Assembly: GCA_963708295.1 (NCBI GenBank)
Contig: CAVPSJ010000008.1
Span: 160,001-224,000 of the forward strand
Direction of reading: 5' to 3'
Length of the DNA: 64,000 nt
DNA from: an uncultured delta proteobacterium
Lineage (GTDB): Bacteria; Desulfobacterota; BSN033; UBA1163
Below the pieces are notes generated by a model. That model was not told the DNA's origin. It ran no database searches and worked only from the letters and a program-made list of their open reading frames with translations. Both the position numbers and the translations under genes were made by a program. Positions 8,641-20,000 of the stretch are shown here, one piece after another. How positions within the stretch are numbered: position 1 is the stretch's first letter; each line of letters begins with the position of its first letter.

Positions 8641-9049
8641 TGCCGTACCTCCTATGCAGGATCTCTCTTTCTTTTATGGTAAAATCAAAAAATTCTCTCA
8701 GTATTCGAGATTCGTATTTGTGTCTCAGAAAAGGGTCTTTATCAATCAAGATTTTTCTTTTCTGCAAAATCCTTCCAGCGAGGCTAATGGGCGCGGAATT
8801 CAGGACGACCAAGTCGATCTCATCGGTACCGAGAATTCGTGAAATTTCACTGAATAACGAAAGGAAGTCTAATCTCTTTATATTCCTCACGTATATCCCC
8901 AGATCGACATCACTCAAGATTCTCCTTTTGTCTCTTGCCATGCCCCCAAAAAGGTAAGCGAAGATAATATTGGGGTCATCCATGAAAAGATCGGCTAAGA
9001 GATCGAGATGTTTGTGGATGTCTTCCGGTATCCTTTTAAAACGTATCAT
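8633..9049 (-). CDS. MntA-like minimal nucleotidyltransferase antitoxin
   Basis: 'AYLFGGMARD...SDVDLGI...EIDLVVLNSAP'. Confidence 0.9.
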   Translation of the reverse strand: MIRFKRIPEDIHKHLDLLADLFMDDPNIIFAYLFGGMARDKRRILSDVDLGIYVRNIKRLDFLSLFSEISRILGTDEIDLVVLNSAPISLAGRILQKRKILIDKDPFLRHKYESRILREFFDFTIKEREILHRRYGIG

Positions 9050-9133
9050 GGTTAAACCATGTCAAAGAAGGGAGCAAAGTCTAATCAGAATTGTCTTAGC
9101 AATTACCTGCTGGCATATTAACATGACTCAACC

Positions 9134-9328
9134 CTATGTGCGTTTAAGAATCTCAAAAGGTCTTCGGTGTCCATGCTCGACCATCTGTCTTAGCATCTCT
9201 CTCGATTTCCGTTTCATCATTTTGAGGCGCTCTTCAAAGGTCAAAGAAGCGAGGTAATTCAGTTCAAACTCAAGCTCCTTTTCCTCATCGGACTGGGATA
9301 ATTTAAGGATCGATCCATGGCTTCCCAT
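9134..9328 (-). CDS. Small hypothetical protein, antitoxin-like
   Basis: Charged helical ORF 'DEEKELEFELNYLASLTFEERLKMM' co-oriented upstream of the MNT-HEPN pair; start uncertain. Confidence 0.55.
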   Translation of the reverse strand: MGSHGSILKLSQSDEEKELEFELNYLASLTFEERLKMMKRKSREMLRQMVEHGHRRPFEILKRT

Positions 9329-9454
9329 AGGTTCAAAGTAGACTTTTTCCATGTCTAAGTCAAGCCTAATACGGGGTCTTATGCTGACGGAATTAGATTG
9401 AGTTACCAGTGAGGCCATAGTTAAGAAAACGTAATTACACTGCTTCGGTAAATT

Positions 9455-9563
9455 CCCATCCCTTTCCTAACCTCCCCCTTGAAGGGGGAGGAACATAATG
9501 TTTTCCCTCCCCTTCAGGGGGAGGGAAAGGGTGGGGGTGGGTTAATCAGATGTCTACTCAATT
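9455..9563. repeat. REP-like CCCTCCCCTT/AGGGGGAGG palindromic element, copy 1
   Basis: Shares the core and the tail GGGTGGGGGTGG-GTTAATCAGA-GTCTA-TCAATT with 63115-63356. Confidence 0.75.
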
Positions 9564-9614
9564 ATGGACGACTAGTGAGTCTATAGAGAAAGGGAACATT
9601 GAGGAATATGAGGC

Positions 9615-10835
9615 CTACAGAAGTGCATCTCTTAGAATCTGGATGGGATGCAAAACCTTCAGGCCGGTCAGGTGGCGGATTTGCAGGCGACAGCCTTCGC
9701 AGTCGGACAGGATGATGTCGGGTTTGAGACGGTCGATCGCCTCTGCCAAATCCCTTCCGATCTCCTGGGAGATCTCATATTTTTCTTTCTTAAATCCATA
9801 GGTACCGCCCAGCCCGCAGCAGTCCGCTTCGATGTTGTCCAGTTGAAGACCCGGGATAGAGCGGAGGATTTCAACGGCAGGGAGGCCAATTCCCAGGGCT
9901 CTCAAATGACATGGGGCAAAATAGGCCGTTCTTAGCGAAAGTTGTTTAAAATTTATGTTGAGGTTATTCAATTCCTTTAGGTTTGTGAGAAACTCGAACA
10001 CGTCGAAAGTGTGGGCGGCGACTTCCTCCGCTCCGGGAATGGAGAGGAGTTGGCTGTATTCATGCTTGATCATGTAACCGCAACTGGTTCCGGAAAAGAG
10101 AATGTCCAAGCCCGAATGGACGGCCTTCAGAAAAGAGGGGACGTTCCGAAGGGCCATTTCTTTTGCCGTCTTGAAATCTCCATTCCCGAGCATGGGAATG
10201 CCGCAGCAACTCTGCGGGGGAAGGACGACTTCGAACCCATTGGCCTCCAAGACTTGAACCGTTGCTTTTCCGACGTCGACTTCATTGGTATTGGTATAGC
10301 AGCCGTAAAAATAGCCAACCCTTTTGCTCCCTTTTGAACGGTGTTTTTTAAACCATCTTCTGAAGGTCGAAGATTCGTATCCTGGGAGTTCTCTCCTCCG
10401 ATCTATCCTCAGGAGGATCTCTACGAACCTTTTGATGAGACGGTTTTTTAAGAGAGGATTGAGAAGGAAAGAGGAGAGGGATCCAAAACGTCCAAAAAGA
10501 TAGGAATGAGTGAGAAGCCAGTCCCGAAAGGGTCTTCCTTTTTCATCCAGATATTTTGCCTTGGCGATGAGATTTAGCTCGGAGATATTTACCCCCGAAG
10601 CGCAGACCATGTCACAGAGATGGCATCCGATGCAAAGATCAATCCGTTTATCCACAGAGGGTTCATCCGACCTTCGAAACCGTTCCATCCCGGGCCCCGC
10701 TTGCTTCGGGCCTGGAAATTCTGGGGTGACTCGCGCGACAGGGCAGACCGCCGCGCAGGTCGCGCAGCGGATGCAAACATCGGAGTTATTCTTGGGCCAA
10801 CTTTGTTTTTTCATCGCATGATCTAACTTTGGCAT
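9615..10835 (-). CDS. glpC: Anaerobic glycerol-3-phosphate dehydrogenase subunit C
   Basis: Two CxxCxxCxxxC motifs and two CCG domains; in an operon with glpA and glpB; start may be 10814-10841. Confidence 0.92.
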   Translation of the reverse strand: MPKLDHAMKKQSWPKNNSDVCIRCATCAAVCPVARVTPEFPGPKQAGPGMERFRRSDEPSVDKRIDLCIGCHLCDMVCASGVNISELNLIAKAKYLDEKGRPFRDWLLTHSYLFGRFGSLSSFLLNPLLKNRLIKRFVEILLRIDRRRELPGYESSTFRRWFKKHRSKGSKRVGYFYGCYTNTNEVDVGKATVQVLEANGFEVVLPPQSCCGIPMLGNGDFKTAKEMALRNVPSFLKAVHSGLDILFSGTSCGYMIKHEYSQLLSIPGAEEVAAHTFDVFEFLTNLKELNNLNINFKQLSLRTAYFAPCHLRALGIGLPAVEILRSIPGLQLDNIEADCCGLGGTYGFKKEKYEISQEIGRDLAEAIDRLKPDIILSDCEGCRLQIRHLTGLKVLHPIQILRDALL

Positions 10836-10854
10836 CGGCAAAAATGTTATCCAA

Positions 10855-11062
10855 AAATTCGAAATCCGAATATCGAAGCCCGAAGTTGTTTAAACCCTAA
10901 ACACTAAACTCTAAATCCTAAACAAATCCAAAATATAAAACCCAAAGGGTAATTTTCACTTCTCAACCATTGAACGAAATACTTTGTAAGTCGTGGCGTT
11001 TTGAGTTTTCTCATTCGAGCATTTGAGTTTATTTAGAGTTTAGGATTTTGAGTTTAGGATTT
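10855..11062. repeat. Palindromic element with 7-mer repeat arms, preceded by a half arm of the 12382-type element
   Basis: aaccctaaacactaaactctaaatcctaaacaaat ... atttagagtttaggattttgagtttaggattt. Confidence 0.8.
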
Positions 11063-11101
11063 ATGGCCTCGTCAAGAGAAAGTTGTTGATTGGGTAAAGC
11101 T

Positions 11102-12331
11102 TCATTTGAGGGCACCTAAGGCATACTTTGCTGCCGTATATCCTGTTGCTATTTCTATCCCTTCTCTCGATTTCTCATCGATGCACTGATGATGGGCTAA
11201 GAGCGAGCCTGCAACCCATATATTTTCCAGAATTACATTTCCCCCTTCGTCAACGGGTTGAAGAGAGGCGTTGGTTAAAATGCCCGCTCGATGAATCGGA
11301 TGCGGAGGATCGCTGAAGAAGAGGTTTCCGAACCAACCTTCTCGCGAGGGGGGCTGATGGACCGGAAGGTTGAAGGTGGGCTCAAAAATCCTTTCGGCGT
11401 CTGCCCTCAGACCTCCCCCCGTGAAACGTCCTGTTGCAAGGATAAAACGATCCGAAGAGAAAGAGGTGATCACAGGGGGACGAAGCACTTCAATGCCCTG
11501 ACATCTTTTCTCTGTTACGGTTGTTCTCACAACGGGATAACCCAGAAGAAACGTGACGCCTTTCTCGATCAACCACCCTTTAAATCGATCAAAGATCCTC
11601 TTTCCCGGAACCGACGGAGGAAGGATAGGGATTTCGAAAACCCGTGCGCCCGTGATCTCCTCCAAGTCTTCCTTAACCCGAATCGGATCGCCCATTCCCA
11701 GGAGTGCCGGGAATCCAATTCGGGTTTCACCCCGGAGTTGTTTCTTAATCTCCCTCCCGACATTCTGTCTAAAGGATTGCTTTTCCATCGACCTGGCCAG
11801 GGCGGTGGCAGTTCGTTCACGATCGGATAGATCAGGGAAGGGAAGGCTGATCCCGTGGCACTTCAGCCGGTCAGCGACATAATGGGGATAAAAATCCTTG
11901 AAGCCCTCAAACCCCACAATGAGCGTGCGCTTTTCATCGAACGAAGCTGCCTCCATCATGGTCGTGGGGATGAGATACGTGGGTCGAAGTGTGCCTGCAC
12001 CCGTCGGGAGAAGACAATTCATCTGGTCGACGGCATGGAAAGAATAAGAAGGCGGGAACAGAGAAACAAAAGAGGAGAGGGCCTGATCAATTCTTGCTAA
12101 GCCTACTTTAGAATAAGGGTGGTCGGCTTGATCTTTGATCCACTGGGAAAGGCCGTCTTTCATCTTTGTTCCAGTGGGACATTGGCCTAGGAGATCGATC
12201 GTATTTGCGAAGAGGCAGAGAGAACCCATCCCCTTTCCAATGATGAGGACTTTTTGGCCAGCCTCTGCAGCCGTTTTGGCTGCCATCAACCCTGAGAGAC
12301 CCATCCCAATCACAATCAGATCGTAGTGCAT
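11102..12331 (-). CDS. glpB: Anaerobic glycerol-3-phosphate dehydrogenase subunit B
   Basis: 'MHYDLIVIGMGLSG', 'PTGAGTLRPTYL', 'FEIPILPPSVPGKR', 'ILATGRFTGGGL'. Confidence 0.92.
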   Translation of the reverse strand: MHYDLIVIGMGLSGLMAAKTAAEAGQKVLIIGKGMGSLCLFANTIDLLGQCPTGTKMKDGLSQWIKDQADHPYSKVGLARIDQALSSFVSLFPPSYSFHAVDQMNCLLPTGAGTLRPTYLIPTTMMEAASFDEKRTLIVGFEGFKDFYPHYVADRLKCHGISLPFPDLSDRERTATALARSMEKQSFRQNVGREIKKQLRGETRIGFPALLGMGDPIRVKEDLEEITGARVFEIPILPPSVPGKRIFDRFKGWLIEKGVTFLLGYPVVRTTVTEKRCQGIEVLRPPVITSFSSDRFILATGRFTGGGLRADAERIFEPTFNLPVHQPPSREGWFGNLFFSDPPHPIHRAGILTNASLQPVDEGGNVILENIWVAGSLLAHHQCIDEKSREGIEIATGYTAAKYALGALK

Positions 12332-12381
12332 GAAATTGCTTTCTTCTTGTATTTGTTCCAATGAGCCGTGCGAATGTTGAA

Positions 12382-12525
12382 AAATCCGAAATCCGAATAT
12401 CGAAATCCGAAACAAATCCAAAATTCCAATGTCAAATTTTCAAAACACAGCTTCATCCTTTTTTGGAATTTTGGATTTTGGTCATTTGACATTGTTTCGA
12501 GCTTCGAATTTCATGCTTCGAATTT
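12382..12525. repeat. Palindromic element with 7-mer repeat arms
   Basis: aaatccgaaatccgaatatcgaaatccgaaacaa ... ttgtttcgagcttcgaatttcatgcttcgaattt. Confidence 0.8.
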
Positions 12526-12556
12526 ATGCCTTCCCTACACAATTTAGTATAAACGG

Positions 12557-14071
12557 TCAAAGGTTAAAGATTCCTTTATAAATGGATTCAATCAATTCTT
12601 CTTCCTGGAGTGCTGCCCCCCAGAGAATCGGGCGGATTCCTCTCCATCGCTCCTCAAGGAATCCCTTTAATATTCCGCTGGAATCTTCTCCTGTCTTCGT
12701 GAAAGGTTGCAGTGCCCCGAGAAGGCGATAGACGCAGAACCCTCCCTGGCACGTCCCCTTGGCGAGGCGCGTCCGGTGGAGGATGTCTTGAAGGTTCTTC
12801 AGTTTCGCTTTTTTCAAGAATTCCTCAACTTCTTTCCGTTGCACCAGTTCACAATCGCACAGGACCTCTCCTCTGTCCGCCAGGAATTGTCGAAGCCTCT
12901 CTTTTGGCCCGGCAGGGCTGTTTGCACCGGGCAGAGGATTGAGATGGGTCGAGCAGGACACCTTTCTCCCGAGTTTTTCACAGATCAGGTCAGACGCTTT
13001 TTCTGACATCAGACGATAGGTCATCAATTTTCCGCCCGTGATGGTCACCAGGTTTTTTATTCCGTCTCTTTTTCCATGGTCAATGAGCGCAAACCCCCGG
13101 CTGATCGCCCGATCATTCCCTTTTTCTTCAGGCTGGAATAAGGGCCTGATCCCTGCATAGGCCCGAAGGAATCTGGCCCCTTCGATGGCAGGAATCATCT
13201 TTGACGTCTCCCGGATCAAGAGGAAGACCTCGCGGGGAGTGACTTCAAATCGCTCAATCTCTTCCAAACGAATGGATGTTGTTCCGAGGATGGACACGGT
13301 TTCATTCGGAACGACGATGTCTCCGTCCGAGGGGGGACGGCAACGATTGATGACACGGCGTGCGAACCTCTGGTTGGTGATCAACAGAGATCCTTTAGAG
13401 AGAGCCAATCCGATGTGAAGGCCGGCTAGCTTAAGGATCTGGTTTGCCCAGGCACCCGTGGCATTGATGATAAACTCGGCTCCGATTGAAAACTCGTCGC
13501 CGGTGGCAAGATCTTTTGCTTCAACGCCCGCTATTTTATCCCCTTCGATCAGCATCGAAGTGACTTCGGTATGGAGGAAGGATTTTGCGCCGTGGCTCTC
13601 GGCATCTTCGGCGTTTTCCAAAATCAGCTTGAAAGGATCGATTGCCCCATCGGGGACCTTCACCGCACTCAGAAGATCGGGATGGAGTTCGGGCTCCCAT
13701 GCCAGGGTTTCATCTCGTGAACAAAGGGTATTCGGGATCCCCGCTTCTTCGCAGGCTCGAAAGAATCGATCTCGGAAGGGTAAGCTATCGTCGGGGAGAG
13801 ACACGAAAAGACCATCTGTTTCTTCGATGCAGTGGGGGGCGATCTTTCGGAGAATCTTGTTTTCGGAAATACATTCCCGGGCAGCTTCTGGATCGGAGAC
13901 AGCATATCTTCCGCCGCTATGAAGAAGCCCGTGGTTCCGACCCGAAGCGCCGGAGGCAAAATCGCCCTTCTCGACCAAAACCGAAGAGATCCCTCTCAGC
14001 GCCAGATCCCTTAAAATTCCAACCCCGGTGGCACCGCCTCCAATGATCAATACTTCTGTTCTTAGCTTCAC
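12557..14071 (-). CDS. glpA: Anaerobic glycerol-3-phosphate dehydrogenase subunit A
   Basis: 'IIGGGATG', 'GRNHGLLHSGGRYAV', 'ITGGKLMTYRLM', C-terminal 'CDCE...GTCQGGFC'. Confidence 0.95.
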   Translation of the reverse strand: MKLRTEVLIIGGGATGVGILRDLALRGISSVLVEKGDFASGASGRNHGLLHSGGRYAVSDPEAARECISENKILRKIAPHCIEETDGLFVSLPDDSLPFRDRFFRACEEAGIPNTLCSRDETLAWEPELHPDLLSAVKVPDGAIDPFKLILENAEDAESHGAKSFLHTEVTSMLIEGDKIAGVEAKDLATGDEFSIGAEFIINATGAWANQILKLAGLHIGLALSKGSLLITNQRFARRVINRCRPPSDGDIVVPNETVSILGTTSIRLEEIERFEVTPREVFLLIRETSKMIPAIEGARFLRAYAGIRPLFQPEEKGNDRAISRGFALIDHGKRDGIKNLVTITGGKLMTYRLMSEKASDLICEKLGRKVSCSTHLNPLPGANSPAGPKERLRQFLADRGEVLCDCELVQRKEVEEFLKKAKLKNLQDILHRTRLAKGTCQGGFCVYRLLGALQPFTKTGEDSSGILKGFLEERWRGIRPILWGAALQEEELIESIYKGIFNL

Positions 14072-14267
14072 TCAAGTCCCGCTGTCTTAAATTCAGCCCA
14101 CCTTTGTCATTCTCTAACGAGATTGGTGGGATTTGTCAAGGGAAGTGAGAATTGTCTTTCCCGATGCCCGTGTCCCTGACGTAATGCGGCAATACGCGGC
14201 AATACAGAACCAATACAAAACTTGACTTTTCAAAAGATTCAAATAAAATGGCGAATAGAGGCTTACG

Positions 14268-15392
14268 ATGGACGAAATCTTAAAAAGCAAACATCATTTC
14301 CTCGACCTAGTTCAAGTCGCTTTTATCCTCACCGATGGTCACTCCAACATCCTTTACGCCAACAAGTATACCAAACGTCTCTTCGGGTACGAGAGGGAAG
14401 AGATAGAAGGTAAACGGATGAGGGTCCTTTTCCTGGAAGAAGATCTTGCCTACTTTCTCCCCAACATTATCTACCTCTCACTTTACAAGAATGGGTTTGA
14501 AGGGGAGGCCCTTTTGAGGCAAAAAGGCGGAACAAAGGTTTTTGCTCACCTTTACACGACCGCTTTCAAGGAAGGGGGGGAGGTTTTTATTTCCTTTTCT
14601 TTCCAGGAGATTCAACGACTGAAGAAGCTGGAGAGAGAAAGACTGGAGATGGAGCGTTGGGCAAGCCTTGGCATGATGGTGGAAGAGATTGCCCATCAGG
14701 TTCGAAATCCGATCGTTGCCATTGGAGGATATTCGCAACGTCTTCTCCACACACTCCAGTCCTCGCCCAAGGGGAAAACCTATCTCAATCAAATTCTACG
14801 GGAGTCGAAGAGGCTCGAAAATCTGGTCCAGCGGTTAGAGGAGTATGTTCTGTTCCCGAGGCCTGCTTATCGGAGGGAGAGGATTGAAAGGGTGCTGGAG
14901 GCTGTCCTCCAGACCTCTTCGAGAGAAGCGGCAGAACAAGGGGTCTTCTTCAATCTGGAGACAGGCGCCTTGGAGGGGAGAGGGGATTTCTATATTGACA
15001 AAGATCTCATCGCCAAAGCCCTCTTTTACGTTTTGGAAAACAGCATTGAGGCTGTCAGACAGATACCGATGGGGAAAAAGGGTAGGGTCGTGAAGGTATC
15101 CCTCTTCAGAGATGGGGGAGACATCGGGATTTCAATCTCAGACAGGGGGGAGGGGATTCCCAGGAAAAACCTTGACCGAATTTTTGAACCTTTTTTTTCC
15201 ACCCGGCCTGGACGGGTGGGGTTGGGGTTAACCTTTGCTAAGAGGGTGGTGGAGGAACAGGGGGGAAGGATTCGGGTCGAGAGTCGTTTAAAGAAAGGGA
15301 CAACGATCACACTCACTTTCGCAAAGGATCGGCGTAGGATGTTACGTCGGGAAAAACTTTCCCCGGAGGGCGCGGGGACAGATAACAATTGA
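14268..15392 (+). CDS. PAS-domain sensor histidine kinase
   Basis: PAS domain, H-box 'IAHQVRNP', 'DRGEGI', 'FEPFFST', 'GLGL'. Confidence 0.9.
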   Translation: MDEILKSKHHFLDLVQVAFILTDGHSNILYANKYTKRLFGYEREEIEGKRMRVLFLEEDLAYFLPNIIYLSLYKNGFEGEALLRQKGGTKVFAHLYTTAFKEGGEVFISFSFQEIQRLKKLERERLEMERWASLGMMVEEIAHQVRNPIVAIGGYSQRLLHTLQSSPKGKTYLNQILRESKRLENLVQRLEEYVLFPRPAYRRERIERVLEAVLQTSSREAAEQGVFFNLETGALEGRGDFYIDKDLIAKALFYVLENSIEAVRQIPMGKKGRVVKVSLFRDGGDIGISISDRGEGIPRKNLDRIFEPFFSTRPGRVGLGLTFAKRVVEEQGGRIRVESRLKKGTTITLTFAKDRRRMLRREKLSPEGAGTDNN

Positions 15393-15701
15393 GCGACACC
15401 CCACCGTCTCGAACCTATCGTTCCTCCGATTGTTGTCGAATGGTCACACCCCTCCAATCCGCCCGCCGCATAAGTACTTCCTCCGTTCCGTCTTCCTGTC
15501 AAAAAAAAACATAAAAAAGGCATCTTGAACTTTAGGGTTTAGGTTCGATGGAACTTTTTCTTTACAAAAAAGGAGTCGGTGTTGACATCCCCGTCCAGCA
15601 GGTTAAAATAGGGGGGAATTTCGGAACCTGTAAGGCGGAGTTCGTGAATGATGGTTAGGCCAGAGGGTTCGTTAAACTCCCAAGTGTCTCACAGGACGGA
15701 T

Positions 15702-16199
15702 ATGGAAAAGGGATTGATGGAAGTCAAAGTGATGGGTATCGTGGTGGATCCCAAGGCGTCAAACCCCGTCGTCGTCTTGGTGGATCTTTCGGGGCAGAAG
15801 GCTCTGCCGATATGGATTGGAGTATTCGAAGCAGAAGCCATTTCAAGAGGCCTCGAGGATGCGATGACACTTCGCCCCATGACACACGACCTCATGAAGC
15901 AGATTTTGGATACCTTTCAGGTAACAGTCACTCGGGTCGTCATCCATGACCTGAAGGAAAATACGTTTTATGCGAACCTTTACCTGGACGCGGGAGGAAC
16001 TGAGCTGGTGGTGGATAGCCGTCCCAGCGATGCCATCGCCCTGGCGGTAAGGGTGAAGGCTCCTATTTTTGTCGCGGACTCGGTGATTGAGGCAACGAAG
16101 CAAATGGGGGTTCTCGCCTCCAACCTTTTGGAAGGTGATGAACTTAAGACCATCATCGAGAATATGAAACCCGAAGACTTCGGAAAGTATAAAATGTAG
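15702..16199 (+). CDS. Bifunctional nuclease family protein (DUF151)
   Basis: 'LPIWIGVFEAEAI', 'RPMTHDL', 'DSRPSDAIALA'. Confidence 0.93.
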   Translation: MEKGLMEVKVMGIVVDPKASNPVVVLVDLSGQKALPIWIGVFEAEAISRGLEDAMTLRPMTHDLMKQILDTFQVTVTRVVIHDLKENTFYANLYLDAGGTELVVDSRPSDAIALAVRVKAPIFVADSVIEATKQMGVLASNLLEGDELKTIIENMKPEDFGKYKM

Positions 16200-16607
16200 A
16201 GCAACTCATTTTTTTTATACAGCCTCCGTTGACCTAACCTCATGAAGCACAAAGCCTAGATCTTTCCTCGAGACCTTTCCCTAACCCATAATCGAAACTC
16301 AGAACCTTAGACGATATCCCTGCCATTCTAAAATTTTTTCATCCTCTCGCATTTTCGATAATCCTTGGATCCTGGAAGCAGATTAAGCCGACGATGACAG
16401 ATGATGGACCTCCTTTGTAGCATGACATAATTTTTCTAATTATGACAATTTGTCGTTTCTCGCCTGGTTATCATTGGTATTTGGCCTTTCCTGAAGAAGC
16501 AGATCCAATTTAAGAATCAAGTAGTTATCAAATTTGACCTACCCAAGAACTTGTCGGCATATATCTTGCTTAAATAAGCGAAAATCAAAACAAATGGAGG
16601 CAACTCA

Positions 16608-16802
16608 ATGTCTTTGATGGAAAAAGATGTGGTTTTGACCACGGATGAGGCTATTGAATATCTGAAGATCTCCAAACCCACTTTTTTGAAATATATTCGC
16701 TCCGGGAGGATCAGGGCGATTAAGGCTGGAAAGGGATGGAGAATCCTCCAATCAGAATTAAATCGATTCTTAAGAGGAGAGGTGTCCCATGAGATCCAAT
16801 AA
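16608..16802 (+). CDS. Excisionase-like HTH DNA-binding protein (HTH_17)
   Basis: 'LTTDEAIEYLKISKPTFLKYIRSGRIRAIKAGKGWRI'; GGAGG RBS. Confidence 0.88.
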   Translation: MSLMEKDVVLTTDEAIEYLKISKPTFLKYIRSGRIRAIKAGKGWRILQSELNRFLRGEVSHEIQ

Positions 16803-16862
16803 AACATTCTCGTTGGAAGTCTCCTTCTTTGCAGTCAGCAATGGCAAGGAATTAGGGACAGA

Positions 16863-17066
16863 GTGGCCCCTCTTTGTGATTTTGGAGAAACAGGGAACCC
16901 GGTCGCACTCATCGCTGTGAATATTCTTAACGGAATGAGGCCGATGGATATTCCTTCCCAAGTACTTTTGGACCATCGGTTACCAGCGGGTCTGAAGACG
17001 GCCAAACCATTGGAGATCCATATCAATCCCCAAGCCTTGGGTCTGACCCGCCAGGGGATTGAGTGA
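16863..17066 (+). pseudogene. Probable C-terminal remnant of an ABC-type substrate-binding protein
   Basis: 'AVNILNGMRPMDIP...GLKTAKPLEIHINPQAL' resembles the C-terminus of the ABC_sub_bind family; no intact N-terminus. Confidence 0.45.
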
Positions 17067-20000
17067 GGAATGAGATGCTAGGAAGGATCGACAAGAGCCT
17101 GAGATTGAAATGGATGTTCTTTTCCATCCTTTTATCCACCCTCCCGCTGGTCATTGCGAGTTATAGCATTATCCAAATCCATCAAAAAAATTTGAGGCAA
17201 TCGGTCATTACGACTGAAAAAGACAAGGCCGATATGGTTGCTGGGAGAACACGATCCTATTTTGAAAAGATTAGGAGCAATCTGTGTTCCCTTTCTATTG
17301 ATGAGCATTTTAGACAGGGAGGAGCCCCCGAGCATATTGAAAGACTTTTGAAGGACTTTCTTTATCAGAATGATTCTCTTTCGGAGTTGTGCCTTCTGGA
17401 CGAAAAAGGGAAGGAAAGGATCAAGGTCTCAAAATATAACGTATTTAAACCATCGGATCTGAGAGATCAATCAAGAACCGATATGTTTCAAACTGCATCC
17501 AACCTGCGAACCTATTACGGGGACCTTAAACTGATCAACGAGGTTGTGCCCTCCATGGTGATTGCCGTTCCCATCCAGGGATACCAAAGGCGGCCCGCGA
17601 GTGTCTTGAGTGCTGAGATGGACCTCAGGTACTTGTGGAACGTCATTGCACAGACGCGGATTGGGGAAAAGGGGATCACTTACGTGGTGGATAGAGAGGG
17701 ATATCTGATTGCTCACCCGGATACGGAGCATGTGGCAACAAGGACGAAGATAAACTTGAGGCATCTGCCGATGGTTGCCCGGGCCATTGCAGGAGAAGAG
17801 GGGAATTTAGAGTTTGAGGATTCCGCGGGGGAGAGGTATCTGGTGGTGTTTAAACCCATCAAAGAGTTGGGCTGGGGTGTCATTGCGCAGGTTCCTGTGG
17901 AAGAGGCTTATGAACCTGTTCAACAGGTGGCTAAAAGCGCTCTCAAATGGGTTTTCATCGCGCTTGCGGTGGCCCTCATCATTAGTTTCTTGGCGACAAG
18001 AAAATATTCTCATCCCATTAAACAATTGGCACAGGAAATGGGAGAGGTCGCGAAAGGAAATTTGGATGTTTATGTCAAGCCGGCGACGAAAGATGAGCTG
18101 GGAGCCCTGACGGAATCCTTCAACAAGATGACCCAGGACCTGAAGGGATCACGAGAGGCCTTAAAAGAGACGGAGGAGAGATATCGGAGGGTTTTCGAAG
18201 ATTCGAAGGACATGTTGTTTATGACCTCCGTTGATGGAAAGATCGCCGAAGTCAATCAAGCCGGAGTAAATTTGCTTGGTTACGGAAGCAAGGAAGAGCT
18301 GACACAGGCCTACGCCAGGGACACCTATTTTGACCCTGAGGACCAGAAGAGATTGGTGAAGAGGGTAAGAGAAGAAGGGTTTGTAAAAGATTTCGAAGTG
18401 AAACTAAGGAGGAAAGATGGATCTCCGATTGATGTCCTGGCAACAGTCAATGCGAGAAGAGAGGATTCGGGGAGAATTGAAGGCTATGAGGGAACCCTCA
18501 AAGACATCTCTGACCGTAGAAAGATGGAAGAGGAGTTGGTTCAAAGAACGCGGGAACTCGAAGCCTTGAATGAGATGGGGGCTTTGATCAATCAGACGTT
18601 AGAGACAGACAAGGTCTTACCGATTGCTTTAGAGAAGGCAGTGAATCTGACCGGATACGAGATGGGGGGCATCCATCTCGTAAACGAAGTAGAACGAACC
18701 TTTGAGTTGAAGCATCATTATAAGCACTCCTCCCGCTTGGCTGAAATGGCGAAAGTCCTTAAATATGGAGAGGGGGTTGCCGGAAGGGCTGTTCTTTTGA
18801 AACAACCGGTTCTCTTCTCCGTTGAGGATCACCCGGCCTCTCAATTAACCCCTGTTTTAAAAGAGGAAGGAGTTCAAACCGTCCTGGCCTTCCCTCTCCT
18901 GGGCAAAGGGAAAGTCGTCGGTGCGATCACCTTGTTAAGCCGTATCTGCCGTGATCTCAGCCAAAGAGAGGTTCATCTCTTGGAAAGCATCGGGAATCAG
19001 GTTGGGTTTGCTCTCGTGAACGCGAAACTTTTTTCCGACGTGGCCAGAGCCAAATCAGAATGGGAGACGACCTTTGATTCGGTGACCGATCTCCTTACCA
19101 TCCGAGACAAGGATTATCGGATCCTCCTGGCCAATAAAGCGGCGCTCGATCGGTTCGGGTTGAAACCGGAAGAGTTGGTTGGAAAGAAGTGTTATGAGGT
19201 TTTCCGTCATAGCGATAAACCTTGCGCAGGGTGTTATGTCTCTGAAACGATAATGACGAAGAGCCCCGTGTCCGTAGAACTGGAGAGTCAGTATCTCAAA
19301 GGCATCTTTCGATTTAATACGTTTCCTATCTTTGGCCAGGCAGGGGACTTGATCGGTGTCGTCGAAATGGCCAAGGAGATTACCGAAGAGAAACGACTGG
19401 AGACAGAAAAAGATGTGGTAAATAATGTCAATAAGATTCTTGCTTCCAGCCTCGATGTAAAGCAGATGATCCAGGCCGTTCATTCTGAATTGAAAAGGGT
19501 ATTGGAGTGTGAAAGAATGGGAGTTACCCTTTTCGATGATGAGAAAAAAGGGTTTCATTTTTTCCTGTTGTCAAAAGAGTTTGAGTCCGCAAGATTGGTT
19601 CCAGGCATCGTCTATCCTCAAAAAGGGGCTCGTTTTGACAAAGTGGTTGAAACAGGTTTGCCTCTCATTGTTCCGGACACTGCAGGAAGTGATTGTTGGA
19701 CTGACCAAGAATTGCTCAAAGAGGGGATTCATTCCTGTTTGCTTTTCCCGTTGGAATATAAAGGGAGGATCATCGGCACGATGAACTTCGGCAGCAGAAA
19801 AGTGAATCACTTTTCAGAAGCCTCGTTCGATCTGCTGCGACAGATCGCTTCCGGGGTCGCCATCTCCGTTCAAAACGCCCTGCTTTTTGAAGAGATAAGA
19901 AAGAGACTTGATGAATCGACCATTCTCTATGAGATTACAAAGATTTCTTCCCTGGCCTCATTAAATATGGACCAGATGTTAACGGAGATTGCGGAGAATC

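Noticed and set aside
15415-15471. 18-aa minus-strand ORF (MRRADWRGVTIRQQSEER) with GGAGG upstream
   Set aside because: Too short to support without conservation or ribosome-profiling data.
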